Assembly (NCBI GenBank): GCA_964532205.1
Contig: CAZHGQ010000003.1
Span: 4,382-68,381, forward strand
DNA from: an uncultured Candidatus Saccharibacteria bacterium
Lineage (GTDB): Bacteria; Patescibacteriota; Minisyncoccia; Phycocordibacterales; JAKAEA01
DNA: 64,000 bases
Direction: 5' to 3'
The translations under genes and the position numbers were made by a program. This document shows positions 1 through 9,645 of this stretch, piece by piece; position 1 is the stretch's first letter, and every line of letters starts with the position of its first letter. Below the pieces are notes generated by a model that was not told where the DNA came from, searched no databases, and saw nothing but the letters and a program-made list of their open reading frames with translations.

Positions 1-972
1 GTTCGTTTCCGCAACGATAAAGGCTGGGGTGCTATAACTCACTTTAAAGTGCAGATTGATACGGTTCCACCAAGTCCGTTTAAGGTGACGTTTGCACCAA
101 ATCCTCACGATGATCCAACACCGATTGCTGTCTTTAATGCTACTGATAGCTTGTCGGGCATTGATCATTATGAAGTCAAAATTGACAATGGGGCATATAG
201 CAAGGCAGTGCCAGACAATACTGTTCAGCATGGCTATGTGTTAGGCGAACTTGAGCCAGGTGATCACTCATTGTTAGTCAAAGCAATTGACTTGGCAGGT
301 AATGAGACAATTCAAAGTGCTCAATTTACAGTAACTTCGATTAATCCACCACAAATCACTCATTATCCATCTGAAATTACCGAAGACGATTTACTAAAAG
401 TTGAAGGTACTTCATACCCGCAATCATCAGTTGAAGTTGTTGTCGAGGATGCAAACGGCCGGATTCAAAATCAGTCAGCTACCACGCTTTCGAATGGCAG
501 TTTTGCTGTAACCTGGGCTAAAAATTTAAATCGTGGCGCCTACACTCTTAAAGCTCGGGCAATTGATAGTCGAGGTGCCAAGAGTGTCTACACAAAACCG
601 GTTACCATTGTCGTGAAGCGCTCAGCACTTTCAAGTACTGGTCTGTTTGTCCTTAATTGGCTCTCTCTGATCTTTATTATTCTTCTGGCGCTTGGTGGTC
701 TGGTTCTGATGATGTTATATTTTGTATATAAGATTAAGAAAATGCGTCAGTCAGTTGATAAAAAAGTCCATAGCGCTGAACATTCTATGCACCATGCCTT
801 TAACTCACTTCGTGAAAATGTGGCAGACCAACTTAAGATTTTGGAAAAGGCACGCAATAAACGTGAATTGACTAAAGAGGAAGAAAAAATTCGCAAGACA
901 TTGCAGCAAAATCTCGATCGATCAGAAGCGTTCCTGGAGAAGCAATTATCAGAAATTGAAGATAGCATATAA
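1..972 (+). CDS. Partial (5'-truncated) surface protein: Ig-like domains, TM helix and cytoplasmic coiled coil
   Basis: Frame is open from base 1 (VRFRNDKGWG...); Ig-like motifs SGIDHYEVKID, AIDLAGN, GAYTLKARAID; hydrophobic stretch then charged helical tail. Confidence 0.75.
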   Translation, partial: VRFRNDKGWGAITHFKVQIDTVPPSPFKVTFAPNPHDDPTPIAVFNATDSLSGIDHYEVKIDNGAYSKAVPDNTVQHGYVLGELEPGDHSLLVKAIDLAGNETIQSAQFTVTSINPPQITHYPSEITEDDLLKVEGTSYPQSSVEVVVEDANGRIQNQSATTLSNGSFAVTWAKNLNRGAYTLKARAIDSRGAKSVYTKPVTIVVKRSALSSTGLFVLNWLSLIFIILLALGGLVLMMLYFVYKIKKMRQSVDKKVHSAEHSMHHAFNSLRENVADQLKILEKARNKRELTKEEEKIRKTLQQNLDRSEAFLEKQLSEIEDSI

Positions 973-975
973 TAC

Positions 976-1683
976 ATGAAACGTTTTACAGTTTTTGAAA
1001 CACTCATCGTCAGTTTACTTGTGGGTATTGTGGCTGCGGCGTACGTCGTTTTCCTCAAAGGTAACAATGCTTTTATCGGTTCGTTCCTTAGCTCAGCGAC
1101 ATTGTTGCCACTACTTCACTTGATTACGATCCCTGGTATTAATGAACTTGTCCTGACATTTATTTTTGTGATTATGGTATTTTTGGTTTACGGTTTAGTT
1201 GTATACGGACTTATTGCTTTGGGTAATAAAACTGCAATCACAGCCATGGTCATAATTTTTGCAGCTGTGTGTGGCATTGCTATTCAGCAGTACTACTATC
1301 CTCAAGAAGTTACTAGGCTCGACGATATTAATCCCGCCGCTTCAATAATGGTTGTCTCGCGGTCGCACACGCCTGAGCAGTATTTTGGTCAAGAAGCTCG
1401 CGGTGATCTCAATGGCGACAGTAAAGATGATGTAGCTTTTCTTATTCCACGTTTTGATGACGAAACAAACTCCACGATTTACTATGTCTCTGCTGCACTA
1501 AAAGAGGGAAAGGGTTACACTGGTACAAACCTCTTATTTCTAGGCCTAAAATCAGTGCCGGTGGCAATAACTATTGAACATGCTACAGTAACTATTGATT
1601 ATCGTGATCTGCGTGATGAGGAATCTACGACAACGAAAAAATTTAATGCTCATCTCGTAAACGGTAAGCTTCAAGAGATATAA
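976..1683 (+). CDS. Hypothetical membrane protein with extracellular C-terminal domain
   Basis: 3-4 N-terminal TM helices; GDLNGDSKDD (DxNxDxxxD) Ca-binding-like motif. Confidence 0.6.
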   Translation: MKRFTVFETLIVSLLVGIVAAAYVVFLKGNNAFIGSFLSSATLLPLLHLITIPGINELVLTFIFVIMVFLVYGLVVYGLIALGNKTAITAMVIIFAAVCGIAIQQYYYPQEVTRLDDINPAASIMVVSRSHTPEQYFGQEARGDLNGDSKDDVAFLIPRFDDETNSTIYYVSAALKEGKGYTGTNLLFLGLKSVPVAITIEHATVTIDYRDLRDEESTTTKKFNAHLVNGKLQEI

Positions 1684-1684
1684 T

Positions 1685-2221
1685 ATGAAACTTATTCGTG
1701 ATGTCGGCATTGTTGTTATTAGTATTTTTGTAGCGATCATTTTGGTTCGTCTGCAGATCCTTGATGCAATACTATCCGCCGCGCGTAGTATTCAAATCAT
1801 TGGAGTTTTTGTTTCGGGTCTATTTTTCACTTCGGCATTTACCACGCCGATATCCATGGTTGCTCTTGGTGAACTTTCTTTGACGATGCCCGTCTGGACT
1901 GTGGCTGTCATTGGTGCGTTCGGGGCAGTGATCGGAGATCTTATTATTTTTTCTTTTATTCGCGATACCTTGCAAGAGGACTTGGTAGAATATTTGAAAA
2001 TTCACCCACATCATAAAATCCAGCACTTTTTCCGCCGCCGTATGTTTCGTTGGTTGACTCCATGTATCGGTGCCTTAATCATTGCCTCACCGTTGCCGGA
2101 TGAATTGGGTTTGGCTCTGATGGGTATGTCACGCATGAAGCGCCGTGACCTTATTGTTATTTCTTTCCTATTTAACTTTTTCGGTATCTTACTTATTGCT
2201 AGCCTAGCCCGAGCACTTTAG
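1685..2221 (+). CDS. Membrane protein, VTT/DedA-like
   Basis: GAVIGDLIIF and SPLPDE motifs, multiple TM helices. Confidence 0.55.
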   Translation: MKLIRDVGIVVISIFVAIILVRLQILDAILSAARSIQIIGVFVSGLFFTSAFTTPISMVALGELSLTMPVWTVAVIGAFGAVIGDLIIFSFIRDTLQEDLVEYLKIHPHHKIQHFFRRRMFRWLTPCIGALIIASPLPDELGLALMGMSRMKRRDLIVISFLFNFFGILLIASLARAL

Positions 2222-2292
2222 TTTTATTTTCTTTTTATCAGATATTCATCTCCAGTAGGGTATTCTGATTTCAGTTTTTTAAAGGAGAACCA

Positions 2293-2949
2293 ATGAAGGT
2301 TTGGTGTATTGTTCTTTTGATAGCTCTACCTGCGTCTGGTGACGGTGATATTATCACTGATCATTTAACACTGACGTACTCAGCTGATTCGTCTCGGGCA
2401 GTTGGGTATATTACCACTGATTATGTCATCACAAGTGTGGTGGCAGTGACCAGTTTCAATCAGCGTCACTGGGGTTTGCAATGGATTATTTCAGGTCAAT
2501 GTGAATTGGGAGTTTGTGGTGAGACTGAATCATGGCAACAGTATTCCACTGGCGATTTCAGTGTGGTGCAAACATACGGCACATTTCAGCATCCTTATAC
2601 CACAAATCAGGCATATTGGTTGGCTGAGTTTTCCTCCTCAGCCATTATCCAATCGTCCAGTTGGTTTGTGCTCGAAAAAGTTGAAGATTCGGATATGTAT
2701 GAATATAACGCTAGTGTATATGTAGAGGGAATTGTGCCGGAACCCGATTTGCTTTGGTTGTCGATAACACTTTTATTAAAAAGGAGAGTCCGCAAAACAC
2801 CCGTAAGGGTGTTTCTTTTTGCGAACAATACCGGCCCTAAAGTATATCCAATATGTGGGTGCCCAAAGCAGTTCCAGCTGAACGTCACGGCACGCCGGAC
2901 ACTCATTAGGAAACTAACAATATGGTGCTCCCGTGTAAAAGGGGTATAA
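2293..2949 (+). CDS. Secreted protein with PEP-CTERM-like motif; true 3' end uncertain
   Basis: AGGAG RBS upstream, signal peptide, VPEP-DLLWLSITLLL-KRRVRK at about 2734-2796; frame runs on through a terminator. Confidence 0.55.
   Translation: MKVWCIVLLIALPASGDGDIITDHLTLTYSADSSRAVGYITTDYVITSVVAVTSFNQRHWGLQWIISGQCELGVCGETESWQQYSTGDFSVVQTYGTFQHPYTTNQAYWLAEFSSSAIIQSSSWFVLEKVEDSDMYEYNASVYVEGIVPEPDLLWLSITLLLKRRVRKTPVRVFLFANNTGPKVYPICGCPKQFQLNVTARRTLIRKLTIWCSRVKGV
2794..2820. terminator. Probable bidirectional intrinsic terminator
   Basis: AAACACCC-GTAA-GGGTGTTT followed by CTTTTT. Confidence 0.7.
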
Positions 2950-2965
2950 CAGGGGTGATATTGCT
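2824..2965 (-). ncRNA. ssrS: 6S RNA-like long hairpin RNA
   Basis: Minus strand folds by hand into a rod: AGCAATATC/GGTATTGTT closing stem, central bubble, GGGAGC/GCACCC, AGTTTCC/GGAACT, TGAGTGTC/GACGTTCA, apical CGGCGTGCCG; TATAAT at 2970-2975 upstream and terminator downstream. Confidence 0.6.
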
Positions 2966-3021
2966 ACTTATTATAAGTGGCAGGAAGGTAAAATTGTTAC
3001 ACCTGTATTAAAATAAGGTAT

Positions 3022-4050
3022 ATGAAAAAACTACACATGGTCTTAGCAGTTGTAACTGCTTTCGTCGTCCCGGTTTTTGTTTCAGCTCATGAAGTTTATG
3101 TTTTATCAAAAGAAAAAGTGGCCCAAGGATTACGATTAACTGGTTTTGATGTAATTGACCATTTACATAATCCGGAACACTTACAGTTTTTTATTACAGC
3201 AGCTCTAACGGTTTTGTGCGGTGTGATAATTTGGTTTTTTGTGCAGCGAACAGAAATTGTTAGAAATGTTGCTGCTTGGCTCGAACGTTTTTCGAGTGTC
3301 GGTAAAGTTTGTTTGCGATTGGCGGTAGCGACATCTTTTTTTCTGTCCGCATGGTCGGGTTCATTTCTTGGGCCGGAATTATCACTGTCTGCTTTGCCAT
3401 ATGCAAACGTGGTGAAAATTTTGATGTATGGATCCTCACTTATGATCGCCCTCGGTCTGTGTACTGAAATTGCCGCCATGGTCTGTCTGGTTGTATTTAC
3501 AGTTGGGTACACAGTGTTTGGTTTGTATCTTACAACCTATATCAGTTATGTAGGTGAGCTCCTTGTACTATTATTTATTGGGAGTCGCACAGTGTCACTC
3601 GATCGTTTGTTTTTCGGTGCCAATCAAAAATTTAAGGCTTTGGAAAAGTACGAAGGTATTCTGGTAAGAGTTTTTTATGCAACTGCGCTTATCTTCACCG
3701 CTATTACGGTGAAGTTTATGCATCCGCACCTGACTCTCGACGTGGTCAATGAGTATCAGCTGACCCAGTTTTGGTTACTGTTTCCAAATGATCCAGTCAT
3801 GATAGTAATTGGTGCTGCATTTGTTGAATTGGGAATCGGCCTCTTTGTTTTATTAGGCTTCGAACTTCGTTTGACGGTGTTAATTAGCCTCTTTTATTTA
3901 ACACTCTCACTCGTATTTTTCAAGGAATCGGTTTGGCCACACGCGATTCTGTTCGGTGCTTCGATATTTCTCTTAACTAATCCAAACAGAAATTCACTCG
4001 ATTCACTAGCTCATAGCGAACGAATTGTTCCGGCAGAGGGACAGTTTTAA
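3022..4050 (+). CDS. DoxX-family membrane protein (two DoxX-like halves)
   Basis: Signal peptide ending AHEVYV; LRLAVA and ELGIGLFVLLGFELRL motifs; SLD motif after each half. Confidence 0.65.
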   Translation: MKKLHMVLAVVTAFVVPVFVSAHEVYVLSKEKVAQGLRLTGFDVIDHLHNPEHLQFFITAALTVLCGVIIWFFVQRTEIVRNVAAWLERFSSVGKVCLRLAVATSFFLSAWSGSFLGPELSLSALPYANVVKILMYGSSLMIALGLCTEIAAMVCLVVFTVGYTVFGLYLTTYISYVGELLVLLFIGSRTVSLDRLFFGANQKFKALEKYEGILVRVFYATALIFTAITVKFMHPHLTLDVVNEYQLTQFWLLFPNDPVMIVIGAAFVELGIGLFVLLGFELRLTVLISLFYLTLSLVFFKESVWPHAILFGASIFLLTNPNRNSLDSLAHSERIVPAEGQF

Positions 4051-4709
4051 TTGTGCTCTTTGCGATAGAGCGCGTATGAATACAAGACCGAAATAATAGC
4101 GGCTAGAATTGTTGCACCAATTAAAACAACAAAACTTATAAAAGGTGTAAGCAGACATGACAGAATGATGAGAATACCAGCGACGGTAAAGAGTGTGCCG
4201 CCAAGCTTATGAGTCTTGTTCCAAACATTTTCAGAAGACAATGTCCACGGAGTTCGTATGCCAAAGAAAAAGTTTTTCTTAAGACCACTCAAACTAATAC
4301 CAATTACTATATATAAGATACCCAAAGCAATCGGTACGATTTTTTCTACGGCGATCGGATAGCCGAGGTTGGCAAACGACATTACAAAGTAGAGAAAACC
4401 AAGCAGAGCAATGATTGCCAACTTGATTAGGTGATAGGCTTTACCGAATTCTGCGTAGCGATTGCGATGCGGATCGATAATTGGCAGGAACAGAAACAGG
4501 AAGTAGGCGATAAGCATGATAATCGGCAAGCCAAATACCCCGAATTCTCTTGATGAATAACCGTCAGGTTGACCCTGAATGTTCCAATGACTTACAACCA
4601 AAAGCGGTAAGTATTGATAAAACACAAAACCAGCAAGGATACAGAGGACCACAATAGCGAGAGTAAGATACTCAAGTGGTCGATTGAGTTTAAATGGGTA
4701 GTTTTTCAT
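4047..4709 (-). CDS. DUF1648/SdpI-family immunity-like membrane protein
   Basis: SHWNIQGQPDGY (DUF1648) and NFFFGIRTPWTLSSENVWNKTH (SdpI). Confidence 0.85.
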   Translation of the reverse strand: MKNYPFKLNRPLEYLTLAIVVLCILAGFVFYQYLPLLVVSHWNIQGQPDGYSSREFGVFGLPIIMLIAYFLFLFLPIIDPHRNRYAEFGKAYHLIKLAIIALLGFLYFVMSFANLGYPIAVEKIVPIALGILYIVIGISLSGLKKNFFFGIRTPWTLSSENVWNKTHKLGGTLFTVAGILIILSCLLTPFISFVVLIGATILAAIISVLYSYALYRKEHN

Positions 4710-4715
4710 GTTTAA

Positions 4716-4744
4716 ATTGTACGTCGTATAAATGTTAATGTCAA
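4716..4744 (-). promoter_or_regulatory. Sigma70 promoter of the SdpI-family gene (leaderless)
   Basis: TTGACA-17 nt-TACAAT, 6 nt before ATG. Confidence 0.75.
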
Positions 4745-4791
4745 ATTATTACGTGTAAGTAATTACTGAACTGAGCCGTCAAGGATAGGGT

Positions 4792-5166
4792 ATGGCATTA
4801 AGTACAAGTTTAAAAAAATATCAATCACAGATTCACATACCGTATTCAATAACTATTCCGCAGTTATTTCGAAGTGATGCTTATGCAACCAGCGCCATCA
4901 TACTGACGGCCATCTTCGGTATCTTTGTCGTTTTTTCTTTTGTCACAAGTGTGGTGGCATTTAAATTTGTTGCCCTCTTTTTGTTTTTGGTTCCGGCTGC
5001 AGCGTTCGTTTGTGCTGTCATTAGTATTAAAAAACATGCCATCGAAAGAAGTGTGGTTTTATCATATATTTCTTTGGTTATTACGACATTGTATTTCAGT
5101 ATGATTTTAGCTCTGCCAATCTTAGTACTCGGACTCTATATTATTTATAGCTATGTTTTAAGGTAG
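4792..5166 (+). CDS. Small hypothetical membrane protein
   Basis: Three to four hydrophobic segments. Confidence 0.55.
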   Translation: MALSTSLKKYQSQIHIPYSITIPQLFRSDAYATSAIILTAIFGIFVVFSFVTSVVAFKFVALFLFLVPAAAFVCAVISIKKHAIERSVVLSYISLVITTLYFSMILALPILVLGLYIIYSYVLR

Positions 5167-5186
5167 GATGCTATACTATAGCCACA

Positions 5187-5858
5187 ATGTTCGCGTGGCT
5201 TAATCGATTTCGTACCAAAACTATTTATTTTGTCCGTCACGGAGAGACGGTGTTAAATGCAGCAAAGATTCGTCAGGGCCCTGACGGTGCTTTGAGTGAA
5301 AAGGGACGACAGCAGGTCGAGGCGCAAGCAAAACGACTGGAAATTTATCCAATCGATATTATTTTGGTTAGTCCGTTTGAGCGGACACAGGAAACAGCGG
5401 CTATTATCAACAGTCATTTACATAAACCACTTGAACTCGCACCACTGTTGGTCGAGCGCCGTAATCCAACAGAAATAATTGGTCGCAGTTCGGATGATCC
5501 CGAAGTACGAGCAATTGTGGATAAAATTGATAAAAGTTTTCATGAAGGAGGTCTTCGTTACTCTGATGAAGAAAATTTCGAGGATTTGAAAAAACGTGCT
5601 CACGATCTGTTGGAGTTTTTAGCTCAGCGATCGGAACGTCGAATTCTGTGTGTGACACACGGCATCTTTTTAACAATGGTTATTGCCTATATGCAGTTTG
5701 GTGAAGCTCTGACTGCCAAAGATTTTGTTGAGTTACGATATATGAATCCGGCAAATAACGCTTCGATTACTGTGTGCACATACAATCCTCGTAATAAAAA
5801 ATATCACAATGGTTGGGCGCTTCGGGCTTGGAATGATTATGCTCGGCTGATTGGCTAA
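5187..5858 (+). CDS. Histidine phosphatase (phosphoglycerate mutase-like) family protein
   Basis: FVRHGET, SPFERTQETA, LCVTHG motifs. Confidence 0.9.
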   Translation: MFAWLNRFRTKTIYFVRHGETVLNAAKIRQGPDGALSEKGRQQVEAQAKRLEIYPIDIILVSPFERTQETAAIINSHLHKPLELAPLLVERRNPTEIIGRSSDDPEVRAIVDKIDKSFHEGGLRYSDEENFEDLKKRAHDLLEFLAQRSERRILCVTHGIFLTMVIAYMQFGEALTAKDFVELRYMNPANNASITVCTYNPRNKKYHNGWALRAWNDYARLIG

Positions 5859-5876
5859 CGTGATATACTTTTAGGT

Positions 5877-6647
5877 ATGACAGCAGTACAGGCACTCATA
5901 CTCGGTATTGTTGAAGGCTTAACTGAATTTTTACCCATTTCTTCAACAGCCCATCTTGAAATCGCGACACGTGTTTTAGGTATTGTTGATTCTGACTTTG
6001 TAAAAAGTTTCATTATTATTATTCAACTCGGCGCAATTTTAGCTGTTTTGGTTTTATTTGGTCGCCGTTTGTGGAGCCGAACTGAATTATGGAAAAGGGT
6101 AGTGGTGGCATTTATACCAACCGGCGTGATTGGTTTTGTGTTGTATAAAATTATTAAACATGTGTTGCTTGGTAATTTGTATATTGTTGTTTTGACTCTC
6201 GGTATCGGCGGCATCATTATTATTTTGTTTGAATACTCATTACGGAATAACGTTGGTACGGAGACTGAACTTGAACATATGCCGTACCTGACTGCGTTTT
6301 TGATCGGTATGGCCCAGTCCTTGGCGGTGGTGCCGGGCGTTTCGCGTTCAGCTGCGACGATTATCGCCGGCCGGGCCTTCGGCCTCGGCCGGCGAGCCAT
6401 TGTTGAGTTTTCATTCTTATTAGCCGTACCAACCATGCTGGCGGCCACCGGTTACGATTTGTTAAAAAATCAAACTTCATTCACGAGTGATCAAAACGCC
6501 GTGTTGGTAATTGGTTTTGTGGCGGCCTTTGTCAGTGCTTTGCTGGCTATTAAATATTTCTTGCGACTGGTTGAAAGATATTCGTTTACAGGATTCGGTG
6601 TTTATAGAATACTATTAGCAATCATTCTTATTATCTTTCTTCTATGA
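5877..6647 (+). CDS. uppP: Undecaprenyl-diphosphatase BacA/UppP
   Basis: GIVEGLTEFLPISSTAH and PGVSRSAATI motifs. Confidence 0.95.
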   Translation: MTAVQALILGIVEGLTEFLPISSTAHLEIATRVLGIVDSDFVKSFIIIIQLGAILAVLVLFGRRLWSRTELWKRVVVAFIPTGVIGFVLYKIIKHVLLGNLYIVVLTLGIGGIIIILFEYSLRNNVGTETELEHMPYLTAFLIGMAQSLAVVPGVSRSAATIIAGRAFGLGRRAIVEFSFLLAVPTMLAATGYDLLKNQTSFTSDQNAVLVIGFVAAFVSALLAIKYFLRLVERYSFTGFGVYRILLAIILIIFLL

Positions 6648-7087
6648 GTAAAACAACAAAACTTTCGCTCATTTTATTGCGAGTTGCTGTCGGTTGGTAT
6701 TTTTTGTATGAGGGCATTAAGGCAATTTTGAATCCAAATTGGTCCATTGAACCTCTGCTTAAGGGCGCGCAATCATTTCCGAATTTTTATGGCGCCTTAC
6801 TTGATCCAGCATTCTTACCGTATGTAAGTTATATGGTCAAAGGAACGTTATTATTGATAGGTGCACTGATTGTCATTGGTATATTTGTTCGAGTAGCGGC
6901 TTTACTGGGTATGATAGTAGTACTGTTGTTTTATTACTTTCCACACTTTTCATTTCCGTACGCCAGTGGCACGCACTATATTGTGGATCAAGCACTAATT
7001 CTGTTTCTCATTCTGGTGTATTTGTTTTTTGCTCGCGCTGGTGAATATTTTGGTTTGGGAACACTGTTTAAATTTTCACGTTATTAA
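6644..7087 (+). CDS. DoxX-family membrane protein
   Basis: LLRVAVGWYFLYEG, GIFVRVAA, AGEYFGL. Confidence 0.75.
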   Translation: MSKTTKLSLILLRVAVGWYFLYEGIKAILNPNWSIEPLLKGAQSFPNFYGALLDPAFLPYVSYMVKGTLLLIGALIVIGIFVRVAALLGMIVVLLFYYFPHFSFPYASGTHYIVDQALILFLILVYLFFARAGEYFGLGTLFKFSRY

Positions 7088-7090
7088 TAT

Positions 7091-7936
7091 ATGAAAACAT
7101 GGCGCCATATCAAACGGATCTTAATTGATACGGCTTTGCATTGGTGGCGCCATGCACCGTCACAGATGGGAGCGGCGACAGCTTACTATGCCTTGTTTTC
7201 GATTGCTCCGCTGTTGTTTTTGGTCATGACCGTGGCCGGCATCTTAATTGGACGGGCTAATGTTGAACATTCACTATTTATTTCTGTTTCCCAGGTTGTG
7301 GGGCCTGGGCCGGCTGGCTTGATGCGGGAATTAGTCCGGGAAGTCTCTCGACCAAGTGTCACAAGTATTGGTGGTATTGTTGGAACCGCAGTATTGCTCA
7401 TTGGTGCTCTAGGGTTACTGAGTCAAATCCAATGGTCACTTGAACATTTATGGGGTCATGAACGAGGTCGGTTTCATTTTCTGACATTTATTAAAAAGAA
7501 ATTCATTGCTTTGGTGACCATTATTGTTTTAGGAATTGTTCTAGCATTATCACTTATAATAAATATTTCCTTTGCTGTTTTAGCCCCACTGTTGACACGG
7601 CTCCATGTTATAGGTTTTGTACCAATGACGACTGCTGTAGCTTCCTTTTTGATTGCTGTTTGTGTATTTATTTTGATCTTTAGATATTTGCCCCAAGTAA
7701 CGCTGCACTGGGGTGCTGTCTTAGCCGGTGCGTTATTTACTGGCATTATTTTTAGTTTTGGTAAATTAGCAATTGCGTATTACCTGAGTCACACTTCACT
7801 AGTCACTTCGTTTGGGGCATTTGGGGCAATTGTGGTTTTAATTGTGTGGGTGTATTATTCAGCCCAAGCTTTTTTCTTCGGAGCTGCTTTCGCTTATGTT
7901 ATTGATCGAAAGATTCGTTCCGGCATGATACGATAA
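7091..7936 (+). CDS. YihY/virulence factor BrkB family protein
   Basis: GAATAYYALFSIAPLL and FGAFGAIVVLIVWVYYSAQ motifs. Confidence 0.9.
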   Translation: MKTWRHIKRILIDTALHWWRHAPSQMGAATAYYALFSIAPLLFLVMTVAGILIGRANVEHSLFISVSQVVGPGPAGLMRELVREVSRPSVTSIGGIVGTAVLLIGALGLLSQIQWSLEHLWGHERGRFHFLTFIKKKFIALVTIIVLGIVLALSLIINISFAVLAPLLTRLHVIGFVPMTTAVASFLIAVCVFILIFRYLPQVTLHWGAVLAGALFTGIIFSFGKLAIAYYLSHTSLVTSFGAFGAIVVLIVWVYYSAQAFFFGAAFAYVIDRKIRSGMIR

Positions 7937-7940
7937 TCAT

Positions 7941-8375
7941 ATGCCAATTCCGAAACCAAAGGATGATACCTGGATAGATCGCGTTGTAATTGCCTGCGGC
8001 GTACTTGTGGCTATTGCCATTTTGTATGGTTTATCTCAAACAGTACAACCTTTTTTGAGTGATCGGGGTGCACCAAAGGGAGCTATGCCAGCCTGCGATA
8101 ATTGTCTAACATTGAAGGATACTAATACCTCAATCGTCATGGCTGTAGGTGAAGAGCGGGAGCTTATTTTACCAAAGACTTATTTTAATCAGGATGGATT
8201 TACAGTTTTATCGAGTGCAGAGGGTGGGGTAGGACACCGTTTTGATAATTCCAGAAACACTCCAGACTATTGGGCAGTTATAATTCAGGGTTTAAAACCA
8301 GGTTTGGCCGATGTTATTGTCCGAAGTAATATTCAGACCGTGTCGGATTTTCACCTAAGTCTTACAATCCAATAA
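7941..8375 (+). CDS. Membrane-anchored hypothetical protein
   Basis: Single N-terminal TM, CDNC motif, beta-rich C-terminus. Confidence 0.55.
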   Translation: MPIPKPKDDTWIDRVVIACGVLVAIAILYGLSQTVQPFLSDRGAPKGAMPACDNCLTLKDTNTSIVMAVGEERELILPKTYFNQDGFTVLSSAEGGVGHRFDNSRNTPDYWAVIIQGLKPGLADVIVRSNIQTVSDFHLSLTIQ

Positions 8376-8376
8376 C

Positions 8377-9225
8377 ATGAATACCAATCGTAATATTGTG
8401 TTGCTGATTGTGCTGATTGTAGCCGCGGCTTTGATCTATGTATTTTATCCGGTGATTTCTTCAGCGGTCTCCGGTTTTTTGGGTTCTTCACGCATAGCTT
8501 TGCGTCAGGAAATTTTTTCGACACCTCTTAAGAGTTCGGAAAACAACGAACATGCTCAGCTTGAAGCAGCGGCGGTTATAGTTTTAACAAACGCTGAGCG
8601 AGCACACGCTGGGGGTAATGAATTGACCGAGAATGAAGAGTTAAATGCGGCGGCGGCGGCCAAGCTTCAGGACATGTTCGACCAACAGTATTTTGAGCAC
8701 ATTTCACCGCAAGGTCGCGGACCGGGCGCTGTAGCCGCCGCCGCCGGTTACAACTACCTCGTGGTTGGTGAAAATCTGGCTCTCGGTAATTTTAAAGACA
8801 ATGTGTCACTTGTGTCAGCCTGGATGGCTAGTCCTGGTCACCGAGAAAATATTCTCAATGCCAAATTTACACAGATCGGAGTGGCCGTGGGACAGGGTAT
8901 GTTCCAAGGTAAAAAAACATGGTTAGCTGTCCAAGAATTTGGTAAGCCGGCTAGTGATTGTCCGGAAATAGAGGTCAGTCTAAAAAATCAAATTGATCTT
9001 GATAAGCAAAATATTGCCGCTATTGAAAAAAGTTTGCAAAACAAAAAAGCCGAACTTGATTCTACGCCCAAAAACTCACAGCAAGAACAGGAGGTCTATA
9101 ATCAAAAAGTGAATGAATATAATGGTTTGGTGGGCGAGTACAATGCGCTTCAGAAAAAAATTCAGCAAGAGGTTAATGAGTATAATGCCCAGGTCCGTGC
9201 ATTCAATTCTTGTCTAAAGGCTTAA
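8377..9225 (+). CDS. CAP (SCP) domain protein with C-terminal coiled coil
   Basis: TNAER, YFEHISP, GENLA, WMASPGHRENIL. Confidence 0.9.
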   Translation: MNTNRNIVLLIVLIVAAALIYVFYPVISSAVSGFLGSSRIALRQEIFSTPLKSSENNEHAQLEAAAVIVLTNAERAHAGGNELTENEELNAAAAAKLQDMFDQQYFEHISPQGRGPGAVAAAAGYNYLVVGENLALGNFKDNVSLVSAWMASPGHRENILNAKFTQIGVAVGQGMFQGKKTWLAVQEFGKPASDCPEIEVSLKNQIDLDKQNIAAIEKSLQNKKAELDSTPKNSQQEQEVYNQKVNEYNGLVGEYNALQKKIQQEVNEYNAQVRAFNSCLKA

Positions 9226-9245
9226 ATCCGGTAGAATACGATATT

Positions 9246-9644
9246 ATGGAAAATAAATTTGTCTTTGCATTTATTGGCGGTCTCATCGTCCTGATTGCGG
9301 CTATTGGTATCATTAATTTTATTTCTCAAGACAAGCAGGGAGGTAAGGAACTCATCCCTTTTGCTCAGTGTCTCAAACAAAAAGGCGTTGTCTTTTATGG
9401 CGCTTTTTGGTGTCCACATTGTCAGGCAACTAAAGTCATGTTCGGTGCGGCAAAATCGGAGTTGCCATATGTTGAATGTTCAACACCTGACGGTAAAGAC
9501 CAGACACAAATTTGTAAAGATAAAAGTGTGGCAGAATATCCGACTTGGATTTTTCCCGACGGCACTCGTTTAACAGGGGAGCAAACATTACAATCGTTGT
9601 CAGAGAAATCAGGTTGCGTATTACCAACAGCAACAACCACATAA
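9246..9644 (+). CDS. Membrane-anchored thioredoxin-fold protein (VKOR-associated type)
   Basis: FYGAFWCPHC, YVEC, YPTW; ATG at 9246 preferred. Confidence 0.85.
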   Translation: MENKFVFAFIGGLIVLIAAIGIINFISQDKQGGKELIPFAQCLKQKGVVFYGAFWCPHCQATKVMFGAAKSELPYVECSTPDGKDQTQICKDKSVAEYPTWIFPDGTRLTGEQTLQSLSEKSGCVLPTATTT

Positions 9645-9645
9645 T

